Positions 31,318 through 48,120 of a stretch of 64,000 nt of DNA are shown here, piece after piece (position 1 is the stretch's first letter; each line of letters begins with the position of its first letter). The notes beneath the pieces were generated by a model. That model had not been told where the DNA came from and made no database searches. It saw only the letters and a list, made by a program, of their open reading frames with translations. This DNA comes from an uncultured Candidatus Rokubacteria bacterium (lineage in GTDB: Bacteria > Methylomirabilota > Methylomirabilia > Rokubacteriales > DASRDR01): NCBI GenBank assembly GCA_963708025.1, contig CAVPSB010000013.1, positions 512,001 through 576,000 of the forward strand, written 5' to 3'. The translations under genes were made by a program, and so were the position numbers.

Positions 31318-32691
31318 CTATGAGCGGCGCAGCGCGGCGAGCAGGTCGTCGGCGGCGGCGAGGAGGCGGTCGATCTCGCCGCGGTCCACGTTCGAGTTCG
31401 TGATCCCGTAGGCCCAGCGGTACCGCGTCTGGTCGAGGACCGTCTCGAGCGGGACATCGACGATCCGGTCCAGGTCGGCCGTCGGGGGCAGGTAGCCGAG
31501 GTAGTCGTTGCAGTAGCCGAGCACGGCCGTCGTCGGGAAGGGGCTCCGCTCGCGGAGGGCCCGGCCGGGCCCGCTGAACAGCTCGAACGGGAGGCCGACC
31601 AGAGCGGTCTCGCCGACGGCGAGCACCTGGACCTCGGCCTCCACCGCCACGTCCTGGCGCCGGCGCATGTCGCGGTACATCCCGAGCGCGCCACGCTGGT
31701 AATGGAGGGGGAAGCGCTGGGCCGAGGTGGCGGTGTGGACGTCGTCGGGCCAGGCCGCCGGGTATGCCGGCTCGGCCTGCGCGGCCAGCCGGCGCTCCGT
31801 CGCGTCCAGGTCGGCGTCGCGCCAGGGCAGCCGGCGGCGCCGCAGCGGGACCACGCGGCTCGCCGCCGCCAGCGCGATGTCGGGCGCCGTCCGGATCGCG
31901 GGCAGGAGGCGCCGCACCTCGGCCGCGAGCCCGCTGCCGACCCGGTCGCGCGCCGGGAAGCCGTGCGACGTGGCCGCCTCGTTCCCGAACCAGAAGTCGA
32001 GCGGCGCGAGGTCGCCGCCGCACGCCTGGAGGAAGAGGCACTCGGCGGTGGGGAGGGCCTGACGGATCCCGTCGCGCAGCGCATGGGGGAAGTCGGCGTT
32101 CCAGCTCAGGGTCTGGCCGCCGACGCAGGTGCCGTGGCAAGCGAAGGCGACGACCACTGCCACCGGCCCGCGCGCGCCGTCCACCCGCAGCACGGTGACC
32201 GCGTCGTCCACGGGCCGCTCCCGGTCGACGCGGTTGACCGAGATGCCGGGAGCCCGCCCGACGGCGCTCCCGACCGCCACCGGCTCCAGGCGCGCGCTCG
32301 CCCCGTAGATGGCCCCGGCGATCCGCTCGGGGAGCGTCGCGGCGTAGCGCTCGTAGCCGCCCATCGGGACCAGGGCCTCGACGCTGCCGGTGTCCACGAG
32401 CACCGGGGCGCTGTGGTTGTGGGAGGCGTTGAGGAGGACGGCCTCCGGGACGATGCCGGTCAGCTGGTGGGCACGCCGGCGGGTCGCGGTGGCCAGCTCC
32501 CGCGTGATCCAGAGGAGATCGGTCGCGACGACGGCGACCCGGCGCGCGCCGTCGTCGAGGACGACGGCCTGGGCGAGGAGCGGCTCCGCGACCGCGTCGG
32601 CCCGGCCGGTGCGGAGCCGCCAGGCGCCCGGCTCCAGGCCGAGCGGCGGGGTGACGTCGACCGCGCACACTCCGCCGCGCAGCCGGCCCAC
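31318..32691 (-). CDS. Neutral/alkaline ceramidase-like metallohydrolase
   Basis: VDVTPP, ASHNHSAP, FACHGT, ADFP, FLQ..GGD, GY.NDY.GYLP. Confidence 0.8.
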   Translation of the reverse strand: MGRLRGGVCAVDVTPPLGLEPGAWRLRTGRADAVAEPLLAQAVVLDDGARRVAVVATDLLWITRELATATRRRAHQLTGIVPEAVLLNASHNHSAPVLVDTGSVEALVPMGGYERYAATLPERIAGAIYGASARLEPVAVGSAVGRAPGISVNRVDRERPVDDAVTVLRVDGARGPVAVVVAFACHGTCVGGQTLSWNADFPHALRDGIRQALPTAECLFLQACGGDLAPLDFWFGNEAATSHGFPARDRVGSGLAAEVRRLLPAIRTAPDIALAAASRVVPLRRRRLPWRDADLDATERRLAAQAEPAYPAAWPDDVHTATSAQRFPLHYQRGALGMYRDMRRRQDVAVEAEVQVLAVGETALVGLPFELFSGPGRALRERSPFPTTAVLGYCNDYLGYLPPTADLDRIVDVPLETVLDQTRYRWAYGITNSNVDRGEIDRLLAAADDLLAALRRS

Positions 32692-33005
32692 GCGCCTACT
32701 CTCTCGAGCGATGCCCGCCTACCACGGCCACGTACCGGGCCGAGGCGCGGGCGCCGGCAAGACGAGCGAAACGTCTCACGGGCGGTTCGACATGACGAAT
32801 CGGCTCCCCTTACGACCTCGGCGGCGCGTCGCCACCGGCCAAGCCGCCGCCGACCGGTGCACGTGTCCGAACAGCGGACCGCATGATACCCCACCGCGGC
32901 GGTCGAGCTCATCAGGGCTCTGGCGGTCCGGGTTCCGCGGAAGGACCCGCGCCGGTCGGCGATGCCGGCCGGCGCGGGAATCTCCGCGCCGCAGTCAGCG
33001 CAGGA

Positions 33006-33539
33006 TCAGTTGTCCTGCTCGATGAACGGCAGGATGATCGCGGCCTGCCCCGGGCCGCCGTTGATCTGGAAAGTCGCCATGGGCCGCGGGATGCGTCCCT
33101 GCTGGCCGCGCGGCGTCAGGAGCCCGATCAGGATGGCGATGATTCCCTGTGAGTCTCCGAAGACGATGGTGTTGCTCGTGCCGTCCGTGATGCTCAGCGC
33201 CTTGCCGTCGTAGGTCGCCTCGACGACGACCTCGAAGAAGGCGCCCGCCTGAGGCGGCGTCTCGATGTCCACCTGCCCCAGTTCCTCGCCCCCGTCGCCG
33301 AAGTAGGTCAGCCTCACGACCCCGCGCTGAACGGCCGGCAGCCACAGCCGCGCGAGCGCGGAGCCACCGGGTGCCAGCTGCACGGGGCCGGCCACCCAGG
33401 AGACGCCGACGTCGCGCACCTGGTTGACGCCGATGCCTTGCGCTGCCTCGGCGACCGTCGGGCCCACCGCCAGGCTCGACAACAACGTCACGAGCGTGAA
33501 GCGCCGGGTGAGAGTCCCGAGCTCGCCGCCTGTCAGCAT
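33006..33539 (-). CDS. Small exported hypothetical protein carrying DUF1559/prepilin-like motifs
   Basis: ATG 33539 with GAAGGA upstream; signal-like N-terminus ending AEAAQ; motifs LPAVQ, [31 protein letters not shown]. Confidence 0.7.
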   Translation of the reverse strand: [177 protein letters not shown]

Positions 33540-33642
33540 GCGTCCTTCCACGTGTCGGCTCCTTTCGAGTTGTGGGGACCGCCTGAGCCCCGTTCCGGCA
33601 GTCCGACCGCGCCAGCCCACCCCAGGGCACCCGGACTCGATG

Positions 33643-33658
33643 TGCACGGAGGGTGCCA
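33643..33658 (-). promoter_or_regulatory. Sigma54 (-24/-12) promoter candidate
   Basis: Minus strand TGGCACCCTCCGTGCA has correct GG-N10-GC spacing against the TGGCAC-N5-TTGCW consensus. Confidence 0.55.
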
Positions 33659-33775
33659 GAGGGAACCACTTCGGGAATGCGCGCTTGCACGACAGGGAGC
33701 GCCACCGGTGGTGGTGGCCTTCGTCGGTCCACCACGGTTGGGCGCGGTTGCGCCGTGGCCGGCCGCCAGCCTATA

Positions 33776-35059
33776 GTGCGGCGCGTGGCCGCGCCCCCGC
33801 CGGACCTCACCCTGAAGGTCGGGACCCTGATCGACGGCCGGGGCGGCCCCCCGGTCCGCGACGCGGTCGTGCGGATCGAGCACGGCCGGATCGCCTCGCT
33901 CGGCCCCGGGGCCGGACCGCCCGGGCCCAGCCTCGACTTCCCGGGCCACTTCCTGCTGCCGGGGCTCGTGGACGTCCACGCCCATCCCACGTTCCCCGCG
34001 GACCGGCGAGACCTGGAGGCCTGCCTCGCCGAGCCGGACGAGATGCTCGCCCTCACCGCCGTGCGCCAGCTCACCCGTCACCTCGACTCCGGCGTCACGA
34101 CGGTCCGCGACTGCGGCGCCCGGGGCCGCACGATGTTCGTCGTCCGCGAGGCGCTGGGCCGCGGCTACTTCGTGGGGCCGCGTCTCCAGCTCGCCGGCCG
34201 ACCGATCACCCACGGCCGGGGGCACCTCCACGGCTGCGGCAGCGTCGCCGACACGCTGGAGGAGATCCGCCGCGAGGTCCGGGGTCTCGTCGCCGAGGGC
34301 GCCGATGTGATCAAGGTCGTCGCCTCCGGCGGGGGGACCCGCGGTGGCATCCCCTACCTGGCGTCCTACACCGTCGAGGAGCTGCGGATGGCGGTGGACA
34401 GCGCCCATGCCCTGGAGCGGCGGACCGTCGCCCATGCCCGCGCCACCCAGTCCATCGAGAACTGCGTCGCCGCCAGCATCGACGCCATCGCCCACGTGGA
34501 GTTCCTGGCGCCCGGCGAGGTCGTGGACATGGGCGGCGCCGGGGCGCCGACCGGGCTGCCCCGCTTCGACCGGCGCGTCGCCGAGAAGCTGGCGTCGTCC
34601 GCGGCCTACCTCGACCTCAACCCGCAGTCGAGCGGCTGGGACACCGTGCTGCTGCTCCGCGCCAAGGCGGGCACGGAGGGCCTAGCCCCTGCCGAGCAGC
34701 GCCAGCTCGACAACCTGGAGCGCTACTTCGACCACTTCCTGCCGGTGATCGGCGCGCTGCGCGAGCTGGGGCTGGCGCATCGCATGGCCTTCGGGAGCGA
34801 CGCCGGCCCGTTCGACACCGAGTTCGGGCACCTCGAGTACAACGTTCACCTCGCGCGGCTCGCGGGCCTCAGCCCGATGGAGTCGATCCAGGCCGTGACC
34901 CGCAACGCCGCCCGGCTCCTCGGGCTCGAGGCGCACGTCGGCACCGTCGAGCCCGGGAAGGACGCCGACCTCCTGGTGCTCGCCGCCGACCCGCTCGCAG
35001 ACGCCGCGAACCTCACCCGCGTCGCCGCCGTCTTCAAGAGCGGCGTGCGGGTGCGCTGA
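33776..35059 (+). CDS. Amidohydrolase family protein (prolidase/imidazolonepropionase-like)
   Basis: LLPGLVDVHAH, GVTTVRDCG, GADVIKV, AHA, FGSDAG, G.VEPGKDADL. Confidence 0.92.
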   Translation: MRRVAAPPPDLTLKVGTLIDGRGGPPVRDAVVRIEHGRIASLGPGAGPPGPSLDFPGHFLLPGLVDVHAHPTFPADRRDLEACLAEPDEMLALTAVRQLTRHLDSGVTTVRDCGARGRTMFVVREALGRGYFVGPRLQLAGRPITHGRGHLHGCGSVADTLEEIRREVRGLVAEGADVIKVVASGGGTRGGIPYLASYTVEELRMAVDSAHALERRTVAHARATQSIENCVAASIDAIAHVEFLAPGEVVDMGGAGAPTGLPRFDRRVAEKLASSAAYLDLNPQSSGWDTVLLLRAKAGTEGLAPAEQRQLDNLERYFDHFLPVIGALRELGLAHRMAFGSDAGPFDTEFGHLEYNVHLARLAGLSPMESIQAVTRNAARLLGLEAHVGTVEPGKDADLLVLAADPLADAANLTRVAAVFKSGVRVR

Positions 35060-35129
35060 CTACCACGGCGGGCGCTTGCGGCGGCTTCGGCCAGATCAGC
35101 CGGTCGTGTCTCGGCTTCAGCCGTCGCGT

Positions 35130-36203
35130 TCAGGGAACGTCGGCGCGCTGAGGGCCCTGTACTCCACGATCCCCTGCCGCCCGGCGAGCAGGCACCGGGC
35201 CACCTGATCCAGCTCGGACCGAGATTGACCGTCGCCTTCGTAGGGGTTGCGATAGCCACAGCGGTCCAGGGCGTCGGGCTTCACGGTCAGGCGCTGGAGC
35301 TCGGAAGACGCTGTTCATCGACAGCCACCGGCCGTCGAACACGAGCCCGATCTCCACGCCATCTTTCTTCGCGCCGATGTGAAGATGCGGCTCCAGCGAA
35401 TAGCCCGAGTTGCCGACCTTGCCGAGCGCCTGTCCCACCGCGACGGTCGTCCCGACCGCAACCGCCGCGCTGCCGCGCATCAAGTGGGCGATGAAGACTT
35501 CCACCTCGCCGCACTTCACCGTGACGTAGTTGGGGTCATGTTCCGTATCGGGGGATCCGGGCGGGTTGTCGGGCCGATCGTCTCGAACGGCCACGGTCGT
35601 GCCGGCGCACGGACTGTATACCGTCTCGCCGAAGATCGCGTAGTCGGAGAGCGAGCCGGGCGCCACGCCATTCGCTCGATTTCCGGAGTCATTCAGCCGC
35701 ACGATGTCCAGCGCGAGCCTCGTTCCGCTCATTGCGTGGAACGGGTTGGCGATGGCACTGTTTCCGCCTTGAAGCACGTAGTAAGCGCCCGACGCCAGTG
35801 GAAACGACACCGGGATCGATTCGCGCGGCGTGAAATGCGACGTCGCTGCCCACACATTCAGGGTCGCGAACAGAACGAGAAGCGCGGCCGAAGCACCGAC
35901 CCGTTCGGTGGCCGGTTCTCGGCCCCCGGTGGCGAGCCGCACTCTCGAGCGTCGACAGGAATGCGCGGCGGCGAGAGCGAACGCGCCGAGCAATGCATAG
36001 CGCAGATAGACGCTCGTGAAAGACCAGCTGCCAGCCTGGAACGCGAAGGCCACGATGCTCGCGCCGAGCGCGATCTCGATGGCCCAGTTGGACCTCTTCC
36101 CCGGCCGCGCCGTCAGCGCCCGGAACAGACCGGCGCCGCCGAGGCAGAGGGGATACAGCGCGAATGCGATCTGAACCAGCACGCTGGCGACCCTTCCCGC
36201 CAA
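35130..36203 (-). CDS. Membrane-anchored M23 family peptidase
   Basis: N-terminal TMs; FH......ALDIV, AHL..GS, GKVGNSGYSLEPHLH; 3' end uncertain. Confidence 0.8.
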   Translation of the reverse strand: MAGRVASVLVQIAFALYPLCLGGAGLFRALTARPGKRSNWAIEIALGASIVAFAFQAGSWSFTSVYLRYALLGAFALAAAHSCRRSRVRLATGGREPATERVGASAALLVLFATLNVWAATSHFTPRESIPVSFPLASGAYYVLQGGNSAIANPFHAMSGTRLALDIVRLNDSGNRANGVAPGSLSDYAIFGETVYSPCAGTTVAVRDDRPDNPPGSPDTEHDPNYVTVKCGEVEVFIAHLMRGSAAVAVGTTVAVGQALGKVGNSGYSLEPHLHIGAKKDGVEIGLVFDGRWLSMNSVFRAPAPDREARRPGPLWLSQPLRRRRSISVRAGSGGPVPARRAAGDRGVQGPQRADVP

Positions 36204-36221
36204 CCCTGACGGATCCCTCGG

Positions 36222-37136
36222 TCAGCGTCCTCCGTACGGGTGCTGCGCGTTCCAGTGGCGGGCGATGTCGATCCGCCGGCAGACCCACACGTCCGGGCGT
36301 GCCTGGACGTGGTCCAGGAAGCGCTGAAGGGCGGCGAAGCGGCCGGGGCGCCCCACCAGGCGGAGGTGGAGGCCGACCGACATCATCCGCGGGGTCCGCG
36401 CGCCCTCCGCGTAGAGCACGTCGAAGGCATCGCGGAGGTAGGCGAAGAACTGGTCCCCGCTGTTGAAGCCCTGGTAGCCCCCGAACTTCATGTCGTTGTT
36501 GTCCAGGGTGTAGGGCACGACCAGGTGCGGCCGGCCGGACTCGACGACCCAGTAGGGCAGATCGTCGTTGTAGGCGTCGGCGTCGTAGAGGAAGCCGCCC
36601 TCCTCCACCACGAGGCGCCGGGTGTTCGGGCTCAGCCGACCCGTGTACCAGCCGAGCGGACGGCTCCCCGTCAGCCGGGTCAGGGTGTTGACGGCGAGCC
36701 GGATGTGCTCCCGCTCGACGGCGGGGTCGACGAACTGGTAGTCGATCCAGCGCCAGCCGTGGCTCACGACCTCGTGGCCGGCCTCGACGATCGCCCGGGC
36801 GGCGTCCGGGTGCCGCTCGAGCGCCATGGCGACCGCGAACACGCTGATCGGGATTCGCCGCTCGGCGAAGAGCCGCAGGAGCCGCCAGAGGCCCACGCGC
36901 GGGCCGTACTCGTAGATCGACTCCATCTGGACGTTGCGCACCCCGGCCAGCGGCGCCATGCCGACGACCTCCCCCAGGAACGCCTCGGACTGCTCGTCGC
37001 CGTGGAGGATCGAGCGCTCGCCGCCCTCCTCGTAGTTCAGGACGATCTGGAGCGCGAGCCGGGCCCCGCCCGGCCAGCCCGCGTGGGGCGGTCGCGGTCC
37101 GTAGCCGACCAGGTCGCGGGGATAGCCCGGGCTCAC
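36222..37136 (-). CDS. puuE: Allantoinase PuuE (polysaccharide deacetylase fold)
   Basis: PRDLVGYG..WPGGAR, NYEEGGE, ESIYEYG, HGWRWIDYQ, PYTLDNNDM, MMSVGLH. Confidence 0.88.
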   Translation of the reverse strand: MSPGYPRDLVGYGPRPPHAGWPGGARLALQIVLNYEEGGERSILHGDEQSEAFLGEVVGMAPLAGVRNVQMESIYEYGPRVGLWRLLRLFAERRIPISVFAVAMALERHPDAARAIVEAGHEVVSHGWRWIDYQFVDPAVEREHIRLAVNTLTRLTGSRPLGWYTGRLSPNTRRLVVEEGGFLYDADAYNDDLPYWVVESGRPHLVVPYTLDNNDMKFGGYQGFNSGDQFFAYLRDAFDVLYAEGARTPRMMSVGLHLRLVGRPGRFAALQRFLDHVQARPDVWVCRRIDIARHWNAQHPYGGR

Positions 37137-38038
37137 GGGTCCAGCCCGTGCAGCACGCGCCAGTGGCGGGCGATGGCGTCCCGCCGGGCCACCCACACCC
37201 ACCCGCGCGCGCGGATGTGCTCGAGGATCTGCTCGAGAGCGGCGATCCGGCCCGGCCGGCCGACGATCCGGAGGTGGAGCCCGATCGACATCAGCTTCGG
37301 TGCGGTCTCCCCTTCCCGCCAGAGCCAGTCGAAGGCGTCGGTCACGTAGGTGGCGAAGTCGCGGGCCAGCGTGAAGCCGCCGCCGGCCTGGAAGCGCATG
37401 TCGTTGGTATCGAAGCTGTAGGGGACCACGACGTGGGCGCGGCCGGCGACGTCGGTCAGGTAGGGCAGGTCGTCGTCGTAGGCGTCGGAGTCGTAGCGGA
37501 AGCCCCCTTCCTCCACCAGGAGCCGGCGCGTGTTCACGCTCGACACCGACCGGGTGTGCCAGCCGACGGGGCGCACGCCGGCGACGCGCGTGATGGTCTC
37601 GACCGAGCGGGCGATCACCGCGCGCTCGACCTCCTCGGGCATGCCGGCGTGCGACTCCCAGCGGTAGCCGTGGCACGCGATCTCGTGGCCGCGCGCGAGG
37701 GCGTCCTGCGCCAGCCAGGGCGAGCGCTCGAGGGCCCGGGCGCACGCGCTCACGGTCGCCGGCACCCCGAAGCGAGCGAGGAGCGCCATGATCCGCCAGT
37801 ACCCGGCCCGCGTCCCGTACTCGAAGTGGGACTCCATGCAGGGATCGACGGCGCCGACCACCTCGTTGACGACCTCGTACCGGCCCTCGTTCCGCTCGTC
37901 GCCCGCCGACAGCGCGAGCTCCGCCCCCTCCTCGACGTTGACCACCACCGACACCGCCACCCGCGCGTCGCCGGGCCAGCGGGGGTGGGGCGGCGCCCCC
38001 CCGTATCCGCGGAAGTCCCGCGCCCGGCCAGCGGTCAT
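37133..38038 (-). CDS. PuuE-like polysaccharide deacetylase paralog
   Basis: RDFRGYG..WPGDAR, NVEEGAE, ESHFEYG, HGYRW, PYSFDTNDM. Confidence 0.85.
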   Translation of the reverse strand: MTAGRARDFRGYGGAPPHPRWPGDARVAVSVVVNVEEGAELALSAGDERNEGRYEVVNEVVGAVDPCMESHFEYGTRAGYWRIMALLARFGVPATVSACARALERSPWLAQDALARGHEIACHGYRWESHAGMPEEVERAVIARSVETITRVAGVRPVGWHTRSVSSVNTRRLLVEEGGFRYDSDAYDDDLPYLTDVAGRAHVVVPYSFDTNDMRFQAGGGFTLARDFATYVTDAFDWLWREGETAPKLMSIGLHLRIVGRPGRIAALEQILEHIRARGWVWVARRDAIARHWRVLHGLDP

Positions 38039-38985
38039 GGGTGAGCCTCGAGGCGCCGCTGCGCCTCCGCCGGCGACAGCGCGAGCGCGGCCGGCGCGCC
38101 CGCGCACTCGACGACCATGGCGGCGGCCACCACCGCCCGCCGGCCGGCCTCGCGCGGGTCGAGGCCGAGGGCGCGGGCCGCCGTGTAGGCGCCGCAGAAG
38201 GCGTCGCCGGCCCCGGTCAGGTTGACCACCGCCGCCGGGAGCGCCCGGATCGCCTCGGGCGGCTCGCCCCCGGGGCCGCTCACGAGGCAGCCCTCGGCGC
38301 CGAGCTTGAGGCCGACCTCCGCGAAGCCGGCCGCGCGGAGCCGCGTGACGAGGGCCGACCAGTCGCCGTCCGCCCCGAGGTGCTCGACCTCGGCCCGGCT
38401 CGGCAGGAAGGCGCTCGCCCCCGCCAGCAGCCGGCCCAGGCCGCGCTCGTCGAGCCCCCGGGCATAGTGGGGTGACGGGTTGACGGACAGGAACCCGGCG
38501 CGCTCCCGGAGCCGCTCGATGCTCCGACGGTGCCGCTCCGCGACCTGGGGGGCGAGGTGGACCGCCCGTGCCGGCAGCCATGCCGCCGGGACGTCCTCGG
38601 CCGCGGGGCTGAGGGCCTCGAGCCGCGCGAGATACCGAGCGCGGAGCTCCGCCGCGTCCGCCGCCGGGTCACGCAGCGCCGGGTCGCGCGGCAGGCTCCG
38701 CCGGCTGCCGTCCGGCTCGTAGAGCATCCACTCCACCAGGTGCTCCGATTCGACGGGAACGAGCCCGTCCACGGCCAGCCCGGCTCCCTCGAGCAGCGCC
38801 GCCACGTCCACGGGCAGCCCCCGTCCGACCCGGGTCACGACGCCGATCCGAGCCGGGTCGTACCAGAGTCGCGCCCCTGCGGCGGCGTACAGCGCGTTGC
38901 CGCCAACCGCCGCCCGCCAGGGGCCGGGCGTGGCGGGCACGACGTGGTCCACGGTCACCTGCCCCAGGACCAGGAGGTCCGCCAC
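38035..38985 (-). CDS. PfkB family carbohydrate/nucleoside kinase
   Basis: GGNALYAAAG, KLGAEG, NLTGAGDAFCG. Confidence 0.92.
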   Translation of the reverse strand: MADLLVLGQVTVDHVVPATPGPWRAAVGGNALYAAAGARLWYDPARIGVVTRVGRGLPVDVAALLEGAGLAVDGLVPVESEHLVEWMLYEPDGSRRSLPRDPALRDPAADAAELRARYLARLEALSPAAEDVPAAWLPARAVHLAPQVAERHRRSIERLRERAGFLSVNPSPHYARGLDERGLGRLLAGASAFLPSRAEVEHLGADGDWSALVTRLRAAGFAEVGLKLGAEGCLVSGPGGEPPEAIRALPAAVVNLTGAGDAFCGAYTAARALGLDPREAGRRAVVAAAMVVECAGAPAALALSPAEAQRRLEAHP

Positions 38986-38990
38986 CCGGC

Positions 38991-39075
38991 GCTACCGCCC
39001 GAGCTCCTCGAGGCCGATCGTCCGCGAGGCGATGGCGACCACGACACAGAACTATATGACACCTCGATCGCCGCG
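38991..39075 (-). pseudogene. ABC permease 3' stump; direct repeat of 55686-55739
   Basis: VVVAIASRTIGLEELGR* vs VVVVASRTIGLEKLGR*; 50/54 nt identical. Confidence 0.8.
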
Positions 39076-39166
39076 GGGGGCCGCAGTCGGGGCTTTTCTC
39101 CGCGCGCCTGTCCGCCTTCGCGAAGTGATAGAATCGCCGCACCAGTCGCCTGCCGGAGAAACGTGC

Positions 39167-46342
<7,176 letters not shown>

Positions 46343-46346
<4 letters not shown>

Positions 46347-46708
46347 GCCGGCGGATCCTGGTGGTCGAGGACCACGAGGAGAACCGGCGCATCCTGCGCG
46401 TCCTCCTCACGAGCGCCGGCTTCGAGCTGATCGAGGCGGAGACCGGGGAGGACGGCGTGCGGCTCGCCGAGACCGAGCGCCCGGACCTGATCCTCATGGA
46501 CATCCAGCTCCCCGGCATCGACGGCTACGAGGCGACCCGCCGGATCAAGGCGAACCCGGCGCTCCGCCCCATCCCGCTCATCGTGGTGACCTCGTACGCG
46601 CTGAGCGGCGACGACGTGAAGGCCTTCGAGGCCGGCTGCGACGCCTACGTGACCAAGCCCTTCGTCCCCCGCCAGCTCCTGGCCAAGATCCGCGAGTACC
46701 TGCCGTAA
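46343..46708 (+). CDS. Single-domain response regulator (DivK-like)
   Basis: [24 protein letters not shown]. Confidence 0.93.
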
Positions 46709-46729
46709 GGGACGCTCGAGGCGCGCCCC

Positions 46730-47874
46730 GTGCGAACGCCGCCGCGGATCCTCGTCGTGGACGACATGCCGGCCAACGTGCACATCCTCGAGCTCCGGCT
46801 GGCCGCCCAGGGCTACGAGGTCCTGACCGCGACCGACGGCGAGGCGGCGCTGGCCGCGGCCCGGGAGACGCAGCCGGACCTGATCCTCCTGGACGTCATG
46901 ATGCCCAAGGTGGACGGGCTCGAGGTCTGCCGGCGGCTCCGATCGGACCCGTCCTTCCCGTTCACGCCGATCATCATGGTCACCGCGAAGGCGGACCCGA
47001 AGGACGTCGTGGCGGGCCTCGAGGCGGGCGGGGACGAGTACCTGACGAAGCCCGTGGACCAGACCGCGCTGGTCGCCCGGGTCAAGTCGATGCTGCGGAT
47101 CAAGGAGCTCCACGACTCGGTGGAGGCGATGGCCGCGCAGCGCGCCGAGTGGAACCGGACGCTCGAGCAGCGCGTCGAGGCCCAGGTGGCCCAGCTCGAC
47201 CGGCTCGCGCGACTCAAGCGCTTCTTCTCCCCGCAGCTCGCCGAGCTGATCGTGGACGGGGGCGCCGGGGACCCCCTCCAGACGCACCGGCGGGAGGTGA
47301 CCGTCGTCTTCCTGGACCTGCGCGGCTTCACGGCGTTCGCCGAGACCGCCGAGCCGGAGGAGGTCATGGGCGTCCTCCGCGAGTACCACGCCGCGATGGG
47401 CGCCCTGATCCTCGCCCACGAGGGCACCCTGGAGCGCTTCGCCGGGGACGGCATGATGGTGTTCTTCAACGACCCGGTGCCGGTCCCGGACGCCGCCGGA
47501 GCGGGCGGTCCGGATGGCCGCTGGCGATGCGGGACCGGGTGGGCGAGCTGGGCGCCCGGTGGCGCAAGCGCGGCCACGAGCTCGACGTCGGGATCGGCAT
47601 CGCGCAGGGCTTCGCCACCATCGGCGCCATCGGCTTCGAGGGGCGCCTGGACTACGGCGCCGTCGGGACGGTCACCAACCTGGCCGCGCGCCTGTGCGGC
47701 GAGGCCAAGCCCGGCCAGATCCTGGTCTCCCAGCGCCTGCTGGGGGCCGTCGAGGCCCTGGCGGAGGCGGAGCCCGTCGGCGAGCTCGCGCTCAAGGGCT
47801 TCTCCAAGCCGGTGCCCGCCTTCAACGTTGTCGGGCTCACGACGCCGGAGGCGGGGGGCGTTGTCGGCACCTGA
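46730..47874 (+). CDS. REC + class III adenylate/guanylate cyclase; frameshifts near 47495-47520
   Basis: [44 protein letters not shown]. Confidence 0.9.
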
Positions 47875-47939
47875 GCCCGGGCCGAGCCGCCCTCGTCGAC
47901 CGGCGCGCCCGCGCGGCTCGTCTCATGCGCCTTCACCCG

Positions 47940-48080
47940 CTGTGCTATGCCGGCACCTTCTTCTGGGTCGATCGGAAGGAACAGCTGGTGGCCGTCTTCA
48001 TGGTGCAGTCGGGCTGCGCCCTGCGCCTGTACCATCGCACGCTCTTCCGGCAGCTCGTCTATCAGGCGATCGTCGACTGA
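47940..48080 (+). pseudogene. Serine hydrolase/beta-lactamase-like C-terminal stump
   Basis: YAGTFFWVDRKEQLVAVFMVQ...FRQLVYQAIVD*. Confidence 0.7.
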
Positions 48081-48120
48081 GCGGGGCGCCTGAAGGTCAA
48101 GTGAGCGGCAGGCCGGCGGG

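Noticed and set aside
33006-33539. Canonical type IV pilin or DUF1559 annotation
   Set aside because: It lacks the G|F...E processing site and the motifs are not collinear; kept as a finding instead.
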